Shown here: in pieces, positions 10,987 through 19,115 of the stretch
Layout: the number at the start of each line of letters is the position of its first letter
Position numbering within the stretch: the first letter of the stretch is position 1
Position numbers and translations under genes: made by a program
Origin: Burkholderiales bacterium
GTDB lineage: Bacteria; Pseudomonadota; Gammaproteobacteria; Burkholderiales; SG8-39
Direction: 5' to 3'
NCBI GenBank assembly: GCA_049651845.1
Contig: JBASCW010000042.1
Coordinates: forward strand, 37,235-101,234
DNA length: 64,000 nucleotides
Notes under the pieces: model-generated
Seen by the model: only the letters and a program-made list of their open reading frames with translations
What the model was told of the DNA's origin: nothing
Database searches by the model: none

Positions 10987-11103
10987 GGCAAATCCTTTTG
11001 ATGACCAATGTTAGGTGCGCACGCCATCGAATTCGTTCGTAGCGGAATCGTGGGTGCGCACTACGATTCGTAAGTCAACTTACGCGGTCCGATCGTCTCA
11101 TTC

Positions 11104-11119
11104 CGTTCGTTGGCACACA
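11104..11119 (-). promoter_or_regulatory. Island box n (TGTGTGCCAACGAACG toward the collagen-like gene)
   Basis: 9/12 positions; followed by GAA and TAAGTT at +22..27; about 90-nt structured leader. Confidence 0.4.
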
Positions 11120-11140
11120 GAGCGGCGCATTTCACTCGAG

Positions 11141-12274
11141 CTAGCGCCCGAGCAGTTCGCCCGCGGGCTTGAGCGCCTCGACGCGATCGCAGACAACCTT
11201 GGTGATGGCCATGATCGGCGCGCCCAGCAGCAGACCCCACAGGCCCCACAGCCAGCCGAAGAACAGCAACGCGATGAACAGCACCGCGGCGTTCACGCGC
11301 GCGAAGCGGCTCTGCAGCCAGGTCATGAAGGCGAAGCCGAGCAGTCCCGCGATCAGCAGCGACGCGCCGGCGACCGCAAGCGCATGGAACAGCGAGCCGA
11401 ACTGCATGAAAGCCGCGATGCCGCTGCCGAGCGCGATCAGCGCAGGACCGAGGTAGGGGATGAAATGAAAGATCCCGGCCGCGGCGCCCCAGACGCCGGC
11501 CTGGTCCAGGCCGAGCGCCAGGAATGCGAGCCAGGTTGCGACGGCGAGCAGCGCGTTCGCGCCGAGCGTGGCGAGCAGGTAGCGCTGCACCTGGACTTCG
11601 ACCTCCTCGAGGATGCGCACCGCATCCTTCTTGCGCGCCATCGACGGCCCGACCAGCTGCACCAGCTTGCGCCGGAAGTGCTCGCCCGAGGCAAGCAGGA
11701 AATAGGTCAGCAGCAGCACGATCGGCGCCTGCGCGGCGACGGTGGCGAGCAGTGCGGACTGCGCCAGCGTGTAATCGCGCAACCAGGTCGGCGCGAGTGG
11801 CGTAGGTGCAACCGCGCGGGCCTTCGGCTTGTCGCCTGCGTCGGCCGCCGCGCCCTGGAGCTCGCTGGCGGCTTCCTGCATGTTCTGCAGCGCGGTCGGG
11901 GCGCCCGAACGCGCGCTGCTCAGGTCCCTGCGCAGTTTGCGCGCGGCTTCGGGCATCTTCTCGATCACCGCAACGGCGTCGTCGCTGAGCGAGAAGCCGA
12001 TCCAGCAGAAGCTCCCGACCACCAGCGACAGAACCAGCGCCGCCCCGACGCTGCGCGGAACGCGCCAGGCCTGCAATCCGTCCACCAGCGGGTGCAGCGT
12101 GTAGCTGGCGAGGATGCCGATCAGCACCGGGACGAAGAAGCCGCGCGCCAGGTACAGGGCAGCGACCAGTGCCAGCAGCGCCAGCATTCCGGTCGCCAGG
12201 TGAAGGGCCGAACGGCCGGAGGCAGGCGCCTCGACCGCCGCGGAATCTGCGGCCGCGGTGCTTGCCTGGTTCAC
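11141..12274 (-). CDS. AI-2E family transporter (PerM/YhhT, UPF0118)
   Basis: 377-aa polytopic membrane ORF with C-terminal GLWGLLLGAPIMAITKVV motif; 1 nt after the BON gene stop (operon). Confidence 0.85.
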   Translation of the reverse strand: MNQASTAAADSAAVEAPASGRSALHLATGMLALLALVAALYLARGFFVPVLIGILASYTLHPLVDGLQAWRVPRSVGAALVLSLVVGSFCWIGFSLSDDAVAVIEKMPEAARKLRRDLSSARSGAPTALQNMQEAASELQGAAADAGDKPKARAVAPTPLAPTWLRDYTLAQSALLATVAAQAPIVLLLTYFLLASGEHFRRKLVQLVGPSMARKKDAVRILEEVEVQVQRYLLATLGANALLAVATWLAFLALGLDQAGVWGAAAGIFHFIPYLGPALIALGSGIAAFMQFGSLFHALAVAGASLLIAGLLGFAFMTWLQSRFARVNAAVLFIALLFFGWLWGLWGLLLGAPIMAITKVVCDRVEALKPAGELLGR

Positions 12275-12275
12275 G

Positions 12276-12839
12276 TTACTTCTTGATGCTCATTTCGTTG
12301 CCGATACCCGTCACGCCGTCCACTTTGCGGGTGATCGCGACGGCCTGGTCGATCTGCGCCTGGCTGTCGACGAAGCCGCTGAGCTGAACTTCGCCCTTGC
12401 GGGTGACGACGGCGATGTCGAAACTCTTGACGCCTGGATCGGCAAGCAATGCCGATTTCACCCTGGTGGTGATGATGCCGTCATCGACCTGGCTGCCCGC
12501 CGTGGTGTTCCCGGTTTTCAGGCTGACGTTGCTCTCGATGCCCTTGACGCCCTCGACGCCTGCCGTCGCCTCGAGTGCGCGGTCGATCTGCGCCTGGCTG
12601 TCGACGAAGCCGCTGAGTTGGACCACGCCCTTGCGCGTTTCGACTTTCAGATCGAAGCTCTTGATGTCAGCGTCGGCGAGCAGCGCCGATTTCACTTTCG
12701 TCGTGATCACGGTGTCGTCGATCTGCGTGCCTACCGTGGTGCTCGCGGCAGCCGACGGAGCCGGGTCCTGCCAGATACCGCAGCCTGCGGCAAGGACGCT
12801 GACCGCGCCCAGGATGAGGAGTTTGCGTTCGATGTACAT
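12276..12839 (-). CDS. BON-domain lipoprotein (OsmY-like, two BON domains)
   Basis: 187-aa ORF; lipobox LAAGC; two repeats of IDDxxITTKVKSALLAD...VxTRKGxVQLSGFVDSQAQID. Confidence 0.85.
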   Translation of the reverse strand: MYIERKLLILGAVSVLAAGCGIWQDPAPSAAASTTVGTQIDDTVITTKVKSALLADADIKSFDLKVETRKGVVQLSGFVDSQAQIDRALEATAGVEGVKGIESNVSLKTGNTTAGSQVDDGIITTRVKSALLADPGVKSFDIAVVTRKGEVQLSGFVDSQAQIDQAVAITRKVDGVTGIGNEMSIKK

Positions 12840-12902
12840 GAGGGTGGAATCCGGGGAAGAAGAAGGAGGAGGACGATCTTCGGCTCACTGCCGCGCACGG
12901 TC

Positions 12903-12918
12903 TGTACGCTGGCGAGCA
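12903..12918 (-). promoter_or_regulatory. Island box a (TGCTCGCCAGCGTACA toward BON/AI-2E operon)
   Basis: 11/12 positions; followed by GAC and GAAGAT at +22..27. Confidence 0.55.
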
Positions 12919-12974
12919 TAGGCGGCGCGCGCTGGCGTCCGCGCAGGAGTCCGTCGTTCCGGAAATGGGGCTTC

Positions 12975-12990
12975 TGTACGCTGGCGTACA
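12975..12990 (+). promoter_or_regulatory. Island box b (TGTACGCTGGCGTACA toward Crp paralog 1), perfect palindrome
   Basis: 12/12 positions; 33 nt from ATG 13024; CTACAT/TACATT at +22..28. Confidence 0.6.
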
Positions 12991-13023
12991 TACGCTGGCG
13001 GCGATGGGTGACTACATTCGGCG

Positions 13024-13719
13024 ATGCTGGAAAACAGTCTGCTGGCCGCGATGCCCCGCCAGGCGAGCCGGCGCATGCTCTCGGGGCTCGAGCCAGTCAC
13101 GCTGGCCTTCGGTGACGTGCTCTACGAGCCCGGACAAGCCATCCGGGATGTCTACTTTCCCGGCGCTTCCCTGGTGTCCTTGCTGACGCTGGCGGACGGG
13201 CATCTGGCGCTCGAAGTCGGGCTGATCGGCCGGGAAGGCATGGTCGGCATACCGCTGATCCTGGGACACAGCCTGTCGCCGGTGCGCGCGCTGGTCCAGG
13301 GCAGCGGGTCGGCGCTGCGCATGGCGGCGGCACCCTTCCGCAAGGAACTGCGGCGCAACCCGGCGCTGCAGCGAGAGCTTTACCGCTACACCTACACGTT
13401 GATGGCGCAGATCTCGCAGACCGCGGCCTGCAACCGCTTTCACGTGGTCGATCAGCGCCTCGCGCGCTGGCTGCTGATGACCCACGATCGCATGAAGTCG
13501 GACCGGTTCCATATGACGCACGAGTTCCTCGGACACATGCTGGGCGTACGTCGGGTCGGCGTCACCAAGGCGGCCCAAACGCTGCAGGCGCGCGACCTGA
13601 TCAGCTACAGCCGCGGCGACATCACGGTACTCGACCGCAAGGGTCTCGAGGCCGCTGCCTGCCAGTGCTATGAGGTCGTCAAGGACATGCACGACGGCAG
13701 GCAGGCTGGCAGCGCATAG
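13024..13719 (+). CDS. Crp/Fnr-family transcriptional regulator (paralog 1)
   Basis: 231-aa ORF; cNMP-binding-like beta-barrel then HTH MLGVRRVGVTKAAQTLQARDLISYSRG; paralogous to 15769..16536 and 34838..35647. Confidence 0.85.
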   Translation: MLENSLLAAMPRQASRRMLSGLEPVTLAFGDVLYEPGQAIRDVYFPGASLVSLLTLADGHLALEVGLIGREGMVGIPLILGHSLSPVRALVQGSGSALRMAAAPFRKELRRNPALQRELYRYTYTLMAQISQTAACNRFHVVDQRLARWLLMTHDRMKSDRFHMTHEFLGHMLGVRRVGVTKAAQTLQARDLISYSRGDITVLDRKGLEAAACQCYEVVKDMHDGRQAGSA

Positions 13720-13798
13720 AAAAAGGCCCGGAACGGGGTTGCCGTTTCGGGCCTAGTGTTGCAGGTGTTCGTCTAAGGGAGGAGAAGGGCGAACACCC
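13720..13798 (-). ncRNA. Candidate box-driven small RNA with CU-rich (anti-SD) loop and intrinsic terminator
   Basis: Box c, CATGAT -10, predicted +1 at 13798; GGTGTTCG/CGAACACC stem with loop CCCTTCTCCTCCCTTAGA; terminator GGCCCGAAACGG-CAAC-CCCGTTCCGGGCC plus TTTTT; no conserved ORF. Confidence 0.45.
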
Positions 13799-13831
13799 GT
13801 GAACATCATGTCCCGGCACACAGACTATTTC

Positions 13832-13847
13832 CGTGCGCTGGCGAACG
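13832..13847 (-). promoter_or_regulatory. Island box c (CGTTCGCCAGCGCACG toward sRNA candidate)
   Basis: 10/12 positions; lies in a 21-nt stretch identical to 34751-34771; CATGAT at +22..27. Confidence 0.5.
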
Positions 13848-13854
13848 CAAGCGA

Positions 13855-14076
13855 CTACTTGTCCTTGCCCACCTGATTGCCGATCAGGCCGCCGACGGCG
13901 GCGCCGCCGACCGTACCGACCGCGCTGCCCCCCGTGAGGACCGCGCCAGTGACCGCCCCTGCCGCCGCGCCGCCCGCGGTGTAATTATCGCGAGTCGACA
14001 TGCCGCTGCATCCGCCCAGGCCGAACAGCGCCGCGGCGGCAACCGTACTGACTGCAATGTTCCGGATCGTTTTCAT
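13855..14076 (-). CDS. OsmB-like glycine-zipper lipoprotein
   Basis: 73-aa ORF; lipobox GLGGC; Gly/Ala zipper GGAAAGAVTGAVLTGGSAVGTVGGAAVGGLIG. Confidence 0.8.
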   Translation of the reverse strand: MKTIRNIAVSTVAAAALFGLGGCSGMSTRDNYTAGGAAAGAVTGAVLTGGSAVGTVGGAAVGGLIGNQVGKDK

Positions 14077-14128
14077 TGGATCGCCTTTTCTAGGACTGCA
14101 TTGACCTGCATTTCCTGACCTGTACCCG

Positions 14129-14689
14129 TCAGGCGTTCGATTGAATGATGCCGTTGACGACCCTCACCTTGTCGCCCGCGCGCCAACTCGGCGCGTTCGC
14201 CTCGGTGATCACGCGGCTGTTGCCGTCGTCGAAGCGCACGGTGACTTCGTAGCTCTTGGCCGTCTTGACGCGTTTCTCGATCTCGTTGCCGGCGACCGCG
14301 CCGACCGCGGTCATGACTTTGTTGGTATTGCCGCTGCCGACCTGATGGCCGAGCACCCCGCCGACCACTGCGCCGCCGGCTGCGCCGAGTCCGGAGCCTT
14401 CACCCTTGCTTTCGACCTCGTGCACCGACTGAACGACGCCGCACTCCACGCACTTTGCCGCCGCGACGGGCGGAGCTTGCACGGGCGCCGGATGCGCTTT
14501 CGCGGTGGCCGGATGCGTCGCGACCACGGCCGGCTTGTAGATCTGCGCGACAGGGGAGTCGTCGGGCTTGCCCATCGAGGTCGGGATCCAGCCCATCAGG
14601 GCCGCGAAGCCGGCGCCGCAGAACACGATCAGTGCGATCGCGGCGACCCATACCAGGGGGTGAAGGGGCTTGCTTGCTTGTACTTCCAT
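14129..14689 (-). CDS. Glycine-zipper 2TM (SlyB/17-kDa antigen-like) protein with CxxC motif and N-terminal TM anchor
   Basis: Start MEVQASKPLHPLVWVAAIALIVF at 14689; CVECGVV...GAAGGAVVGGVLGHQVG...GNEIEKR...RVVNG; paralogous to the C-terminus of 29287..30402. Confidence 0.75.
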   Translation of the reverse strand: MEVQASKPLHPLVWVAAIALIVFCGAGFAALMGWIPTSMGKPDDSPVAQIYKPAVVATHPATAKAHPAPVQAPPVAAAKCVECGVVQSVHEVESKGEGSGLGAAGGAVVGGVLGHQVGSGNTNKVMTAVGAVAGNEIEKRVKTAKSYEVTVRFDDGNSRVITEANAPSWRAGDKVRVVNGIIQSNA

Positions 14690-14713
14690 GATCGTTTCCC
14701 TGGTTGTGCGGTC

Positions 14714-14740
14714 AAAAAAAAGCCCCGCGTCGGCAGGGCC
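14714..14740 (-). terminator. Rho-independent terminator after the OmpA-like gene
   Basis: Minus strand GCCCTGCCGACGCGGGGC followed by TTTTTTTT. Confidence 0.5.
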
Positions 14741-14768
14741 TTTCTCTCGTTGCCGGGCTGCGGCTTGA

Positions 14769-15449
14769 CTACTGCTTGAGCCTCGATCCGGAGATCTCGA
14801 CCGACACGTGACGGTCGGGCTGCAGGCAGGCGATATTTCTCGCGTTGGGAGTGGCGCCTTTGCATTCGCCGGCAGCGGTGGTCGGCTGCGACTCACCCTT
14901 GGCGGAGCTGTGCACGCCCCATCTCGGCTCGATGCCCTTGGCCACGAGGTAGGCTTTTACCGTCGCCACGCGGCGCTCGGAAAGGGCCTGGTTGTAGCCG
15001 TCGGTGCCGAAGCGATCGGCGAAACCGACTGCCGAGATTTCCGCGGCGTTGATGTTCTGCAGATTCGCGACGAAAGCGTCCAGCGTGTCGCGGCCTTCCG
15101 GGCGCAGCACGGACTTGTCGAAGTCGAACAGCACGTTCGCGTCCAAGGTCACCTTCTCGTACACCGGCTGCGGCGGAGCCGCGGCGACGATGACCGGGGC
15201 AGGGGCGGGCGCGACGTACTGCGCGACCGGCGCCGGATTGCATTCGTTGTGGCCCCGGGGCGGTCCGAAGGCGCTGTGCCAGCATTCGCCGAAGCCGTTT
15301 TTCCACACCTGCGTGGGAGCGGCGGTCCAAAGTTGCCTCGTATCGTTGGGTCCGATATCGCGCGCCTGCGCGGCGCTCGCCGTGACGCCCAGAGCCAGGG
15401 CACAAGCCGCGGCTAGGGTGATTTGCTTCCTGCTGAATGATGTGTTCAT
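14769..15449 (-). CDS. OmpA-family (OmpA/MotB C-like domain) secreted protein
   Basis: Start MNTSFSRKQITLAAACALALGVTASAAQA at 15449; C-terminal LFDFDKSVLRPEG...AVGFADRFGTDGYNQALSERRVATVKAYLVAKG. Confidence 0.85.
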   Translation of the reverse strand: MNTSFSRKQITLAAACALALGVTASAAQARDIGPNDTRQLWTAAPTQVWKNGFGECWHSAFGPPRGHNECNPAPVAQYVAPAPAPVIVAAAPPQPVYEKVTLDANVLFDFDKSVLRPEGRDTLDAFVANLQNINAAEISAVGFADRFGTDGYNQALSERRVATVKAYLVAKGIEPRWGVHSSAKGESQPTTAAGECKGATPNARNIACLQPDRHVSVEISGSRLKQ

Positions 15450-15511
15450 GGTTTCTTCCGGTGATTTGGGGGGTGTCGAACGGCAGCATGCGCCGCGGCG
15501 GCGCGCCAATC

Positions 15512-15527
15512 TGCGTGGCAGCACACA
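15512..15527 (-). promoter_or_regulatory. Island box p (TGTGTGCTGCCACGCA toward OmpA-like gene), weakest copy
   Basis: 8/12 positions but first 11 nt identical to box o; GAT then CATGCT at +22..27. Confidence 0.35.
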
Positions 15528-15556
15528 TACGGGGAAATTAAAAATAGCGCCTGCTA

Positions 15557-15572
15557 TGTAGGCCGGCGCACG
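15557..15572 (+). promoter_or_regulatory. Island box m (TGTAGGCCGGCGCACG toward lmo0937-type gene)
   Basis: 10/12 positions; GAA then GATGAT at +22..27; SD AAGGAGA before ATG 15627. Confidence 0.5.
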
Positions 15573-15626
15573 GAACAGCCCGGGGAGTGGCTGGATGATG
15601 CGTGCCATCAACCAAGGAGATCCAGC

Positions 15627-15776
15627 ATGCTTTACATCATCGCCGTCGTTCTTCTCGTCCTCTGGGCACTGGGGTTGGTTTCGGCCTACACCATGGGCGG
15701 ATTCATCCACGTTCTGCTGGTGATCGCAGTCGTGGTCGTCCTGCTCAGACTGATCAGCGGGCGCAGCCCTATCTGA
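15627..15776 (+). CDS. lmo0937-family small membrane protein (49 aa), absent from the ORF track
   Basis: AAGGAGA SD 8 nt upstream; MLYIIAVVLLVLWALGLVSAYTMGGFIHVLLVIAVVVVLLRLISGRSPI matches this family's pattern. Confidence 0.7.
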   Translation: MLYIIAVVLLVLWALGLVSAYTMGGFIHVLLVIAVVVVLLRLISGRSPI

Positions 15777-16536
15777 CGGCGACCGGGATGCTCTGCCGGT
15801 GCCGCACGTCGGAAAGCAGGCGGCCCAGCTCCTTCTTCACCACGCCGTAGCACTCGCAGGCGAGCGTTTCCAGCCCGGAGCGCTCGAGCACCGAAATGTG
15901 GCCGCGCCGGTAGCGGATGTAGCCGGCCTGCTGCAGCTTGCCGGCCGCCTGCGTGATGCCTTCGCGGCGCACACCGAGCATGCTGGCCACCAGTTCCTGC
16001 GTCATCACCAGCTCGCGCGAGGGTATCCGGTCCAGCGTCAGCAGCAGCCAGCGGCACAGCTGCTGCTCTACCGAATGGTGGCGATTGCAGGCGGCGGTCT
16101 GGAACATCTGCGTGATCAGCGCCTGCGTGTAGCGCAACAGCAGGCTGCGCATCAGGCCGGCACGGCTGAATTCGCGCTTCAGCACGTTGCTCGCCAGCCG
16201 GTAGGCGTGGCCCGCGGTCTGCACGACCGCGGAGCTCGGCGTCGTGTCGCCGCCCATGAACAACGAAATTCCGACCACGCCTTCGTTACCCACGCCCGCA
16301 GTCTCCGCAGAAGCGCCGGTCTCCATGACGTAATGAAGCGACACGATGGAGGTGGTGGGGAAGTAGGCATGCTGCATTTGTCCGCCGGGCTCGTAGAGGA
16401 TCATCCCCAGTGGCATTGCAAACAGCTCCAGGTCGGGCGCCAGACGCTCGAACTCGGCGCCGGGCAGCGCGGCAAGCAGGTGATTCTGGTCCGGACTGTG
16501 AGGCGCGGCCACCGCGGGCTGATGGAAGCGCTTCAC
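15769..16536 (-). CDS. Crp/Fnr-family transcriptional regulator (paralog 2), last gene of HK-RR-Crp operon
   Basis: 255-aa ORF; GTG start shares one nt with the upstream stop (TAGTG); HTH MLGVRREGITQAAGKLQQAGYIRYRRG; close paralog of 34838..35647. Confidence 0.85.
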   Translation of the reverse strand: MKRFHQPAVAAPHSPDQNHLLAALPGAEFERLAPDLELFAMPLGMILYEPGGQMQHAYFPTTSIVSLHYVMETGASAETAGVGNEGVVGISLFMGGDTTPSSAVVQTAGHAYRLASNVLKREFSRAGLMRSLLLRYTQALITQMFQTAACNRHHSVEQQLCRWLLLTLDRIPSRELVMTQELVASMLGVRREGITQAAGKLQQAGYIRYRRGHISVLERSGLETLACECYGVVKKELGRLLSDVRHRQSIPVAVR

Positions 16537-17357
16537 TAGCGTTTCGCGCTGACTTCCACGCCGATGCCGCGGTAGCCGATGAAGCGGCTGGAGCGGTTGA
16601 ACATCGGCTCGCCGCTCACCCGGAACTGCTGCTGCGTTCCGTCGGGTTCGACGCGGCTGAAAAGGAAATCCAGGAACGGCTGCCGCGCCGCGATCGTCGC
16701 CTGCAGCTCCTCGCGCTGCGCCTCGTTCCAGCCCGTCATCAGGGCGCCGTTCGAATCGCCCGCGAGAGAGCCGACGCGCAGGCCGAGCATTTCCAGCACC
16801 GGGCCGGAAACCTTGGTGAAATTCCCTGCTTCGTCCTGCTCCCAGTACCAGTCGGAGGCGAGTTCGGTCAGGCTGCGGTAGCGCGCTTCGCTCTCGCGCA
16901 GTTCGGCGGTTCGTTCCAGAACCGTCTGCTCGAGTGCCTTGCTGTAGTTTTCGAGCTTCCGGTAGAGCAGCCGCACTTCGAGCATGTTGCGGATGCGCGT
17001 CCTGACCTCCACCAGGTCGAAAGGCTTGCTGATGAAGTCCTTCGCGCCGGCCTGCAGCGCGCGCAGCTTGTGGCCGGGTTGCGCGGTGAGAACCAGGACC
17101 GGCAGGTAGGCATCGGCGTCGTTGGTCTTGAGCGCTTCGATCACCTGGAATCCGTCCATGCCGGGCATCTGCAGGTCGAGCAGGATCAGGTCGTAGCAGT
17201 TCCGGCGGTGCAACACGCAGACTTCCAGCGGGTCTATGGTCGAGCTGACGCTGGTGTAGCCGGCCTCGCGCAGCATCTGCCCCAGCAGGCTGATGTTCAC
17301 TTCCTGGTCGTCGACGATCAGGATGCGGGCGTTCAGGATCTCGGATTCGGCAATCAT
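16536..17357 (-). CDS. Response regulator: receiver domain + coiled linker + PAS domain (no DNA-binding output)
   Basis: 273-aa ORF; ILIVDDQ...DLILLDLQMPGMDG...KPF receiver motifs, then SEARYRSLTELASDWYWEQDEAGNFT PAS-like; ATGA overlap with the HK stop. Confidence 0.85.
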   Translation of the reverse strand: MIAESEILNARILIVDDQEVNISLLGQMLREAGYTSVSSTIDPLEVCVLHRRNCYDLILLDLQMPGMDGFQVIEALKTNDADAYLPVLVLTAQPGHKLRALQAGAKDFISKPFDLVEVRTRIRNMLEVRLLYRKLENYSKALEQTVLERTAELRESEARYRSLTELASDWYWEQDEAGNFTKVSGPVLEMLGLRVGSLAGDSNGALMTGWNEAQREELQATIAARQPFLDFLFSRVEPDGTQQQFRVSGEPMFNRSSRFIGYRGIGVEVSAKR

Positions 17358-19030
17358 TGTGCTTGTGCCCCTGCCGCCGCGGCGCTTGATGCGGTTTTCG
17401 AGCCGCTGAGTGCTCTGTCCAGCGCGTTCATGAACTCGTCGACCTTGATCGGCTTGGTGAGATAGTCGAAGAATCCGGCCTCGAGCGCGCGTGCGATGTC
17501 GCGCGGGACCGCGTTGGCGCTGAGTGCGATGATCGGGATATGCATCGTGGCGGGGTCCGCGCGCAGGATTTTCATGGCTTCGATCCCGCTGATGCCGGGC
17601 AGGTTGATGTCCATCAGGATCACCTTCGGCTGGCAGGCGCGCGCAAACTCGATTCCGAGGCTGCCGTCCGCGGCGCTGAGCATGCGCAGGTCAGGCCGGC
17701 GTGCGACCAGCTGCTCGACCAGCTCCAGGTTGGCTGGATTGTCCTCGACGTAGAGCACGGTGCGCAGCGGCGTGCCGTCCGGCACCTGCGCTCGCTCTAC
17801 AGCCGCCCCGGCCGCTTGCAGGACCGCGAGCTGAGGCGCCGGCGCCAGGGCCAGCTCGAACCAGAACACGCTGCCTTCGCCAACCACGCTGTCGACGCCG
17901 ATCGCGCCGCCCATGAGACCCACCAGCCGCTTGCTCACCACCAGGCCGATGCCCGTGCCTTCCTCGGTGCTCGCTTCCTTGCCGAGGCGGTTGAAGGGCT
18001 GGAACAGCTGCGCCACCTGTTCCGGCGACAGGCCCGCGCCGGAGTCGCGGATGCCGATGCGGATCGTGCCCGGGGGCTTGTGGGCGCATTCCACGGCCAC
18101 CGCGCCGCCCGGCTTGTTGTACTTGATCGCGTTGAACAGCAGATTGATCAGCACCTGCTTGACCCGGGTGCGGTCCGCCTTGACGAAGTTGGGCGTGTCG
18201 AAGCGCGGAAACGTCATGCCGATGTCGCGCTTCTGCGCTTGCGGCTCGATCATCGCCCGGCACTCGAGCATGACCTCTGCCAGCGAGACCGGCTCGCTCG
18301 ACAGGGTCAGCTTGCCCGACTCGATCAGCGCCAGATCGAGGATCTCGTTGATCAGCTCCAGCAGGTACCAGCCGGCCTTGAGGATCTGGTCGAGGTTGCG
18401 CTTCTGCGAGAGCGTCGGCGCGGGCGTACCGGTCGCCATCAACTGGGCGAAGCCGAGGATCGCGTTCAGCGGCGTGCGCAGCTCATGGCTCATGCCGGAG
18501 AGGAAATCGGACTTCGCCCGGCTGGCCGTCTCGGCCGCCGCCATGGCCTCGTTCAGCTTGGACTCGACGCGTTTGCGCACCGAGTTGTCGCTGCCGATCA
18601 GCAGATAGCCGATGATCTTGCCGAATTCGTCGCGCAGACCCGTGATCGACACGATCGCAGGAAAGCGGCTGCCATCCTTGCAGACATAAGTCAACTCATA
18701 GGTGTCTGCGATGCCGCGCGATGCCTTGTAGGCGAGCGCCTCGAATCCCGGCGCGATCGGGGTGCCGAGCTCCAGGCTCAGGGCCTGGGCACGCGCCGCA
18801 ACTTCCAGCGGGTCGTGCATGTCGCTCGGGCTGATCCGGTCCACGACCTCGGCGGCGGCGTAGCCGAGCATGCGTTCGGCGCCGACGTTGAACAGCTGGA
18901 TGATGCCCTTCTCGTCGGTCGCGATGATCGAAAAATTGGCGCTGGTGAGGATCGCGTACTGCAGGGCGCCCGTCTTCAGCAGCGCCCGCTGGCGCCTCGC
19001 CTCTGTAGCGCCGATTTCCGGTGTGGCCAT
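17354..19030 (-). CDS. Hybrid sensor histidine kinase (PAS-HisKA-HATPase-REC)
   Basis: 558-aa ORF; H-box SHELRTPLNAILGF, N/G boxes (NAIKYNKPGG, DSGAGL, GTGIGL), C-terminal receiver VLYVEDNPANL...ILMDINLPGISG. Confidence 0.9.
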   Translation of the reverse strand: MATPEIGATEARRQRALLKTGALQYAILTSANFSIIATDEKGIIQLFNVGAERMLGYAAAEVVDRISPSDMHDPLEVAARAQALSLELGTPIAPGFEALAYKASRGIADTYELTYVCKDGSRFPAIVSITGLRDEFGKIIGYLLIGSDNSVRKRVESKLNEAMAAAETASRAKSDFLSGMSHELRTPLNAILGFAQLMATGTPAPTLSQKRNLDQILKAGWYLLELINEILDLALIESGKLTLSSEPVSLAEVMLECRAMIEPQAQKRDIGMTFPRFDTPNFVKADRTRVKQVLINLLFNAIKYNKPGGAVAVECAHKPPGTIRIGIRDSGAGLSPEQVAQLFQPFNRLGKEASTEEGTGIGLVVSKRLVGLMGGAIGVDSVVGEGSVFWFELALAPAPQLAVLQAAGAAVERAQVPDGTPLRTVLYVEDNPANLELVEQLVARRPDLRMLSAADGSLGIEFARACQPKVILMDINLPGISGIEAMKILRADPATMHIPIIALSANAVPRDIARALEAGFFDYLTKPIKVDEFMNALDRALSGSKTASSAAAAGAQAQ

Positions 19031-19057
19031 GAAGATTGCTGCCTTGCGAAGTCGAGC

Positions 19058-19081
19058 AAAAGCCGCGCCTCACGCGAGGCG
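19058..19081 (-). terminator. Hairpin + TTTT between SOD locus and HK operon (SOD terminator and/or 5' stem-loop of the HK mRNA)
   Basis: Minus strand GCCTCGC-GTGAG-GCGCGGC then TTTTG; starts at the +1 predicted from box i. Confidence 0.35.
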
Positions 19082-19115
19082 ACCTTGCACCATGGCGCTT
19101 TGCCTGGCCGGCGTC

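Noticed and set aside
13799-13876. A plus-strand micro-ORF (MNIMSRHTDYFRALANASDYLSLPT) behind a GGGAGGAG Shine-Dalgarno-like sequence, with a counterpart at 29238-29320
   Set aside because: The two peptides are not conserved except where they cross the DNA box. The ATG/ATC-ATG coincides with the minus-strand -10 (CATGAT/CATCAT) found at the same spacing at other boxes. The terminator U-tract exists only on the minus strand.
15544-15557. The ATAGC-N4-GCTAT palindrome next to box m as a second operator type
   Set aside because: It occurs once, abuts box m, and I saw no second copy elsewhere in the window. The evidence is insufficient.
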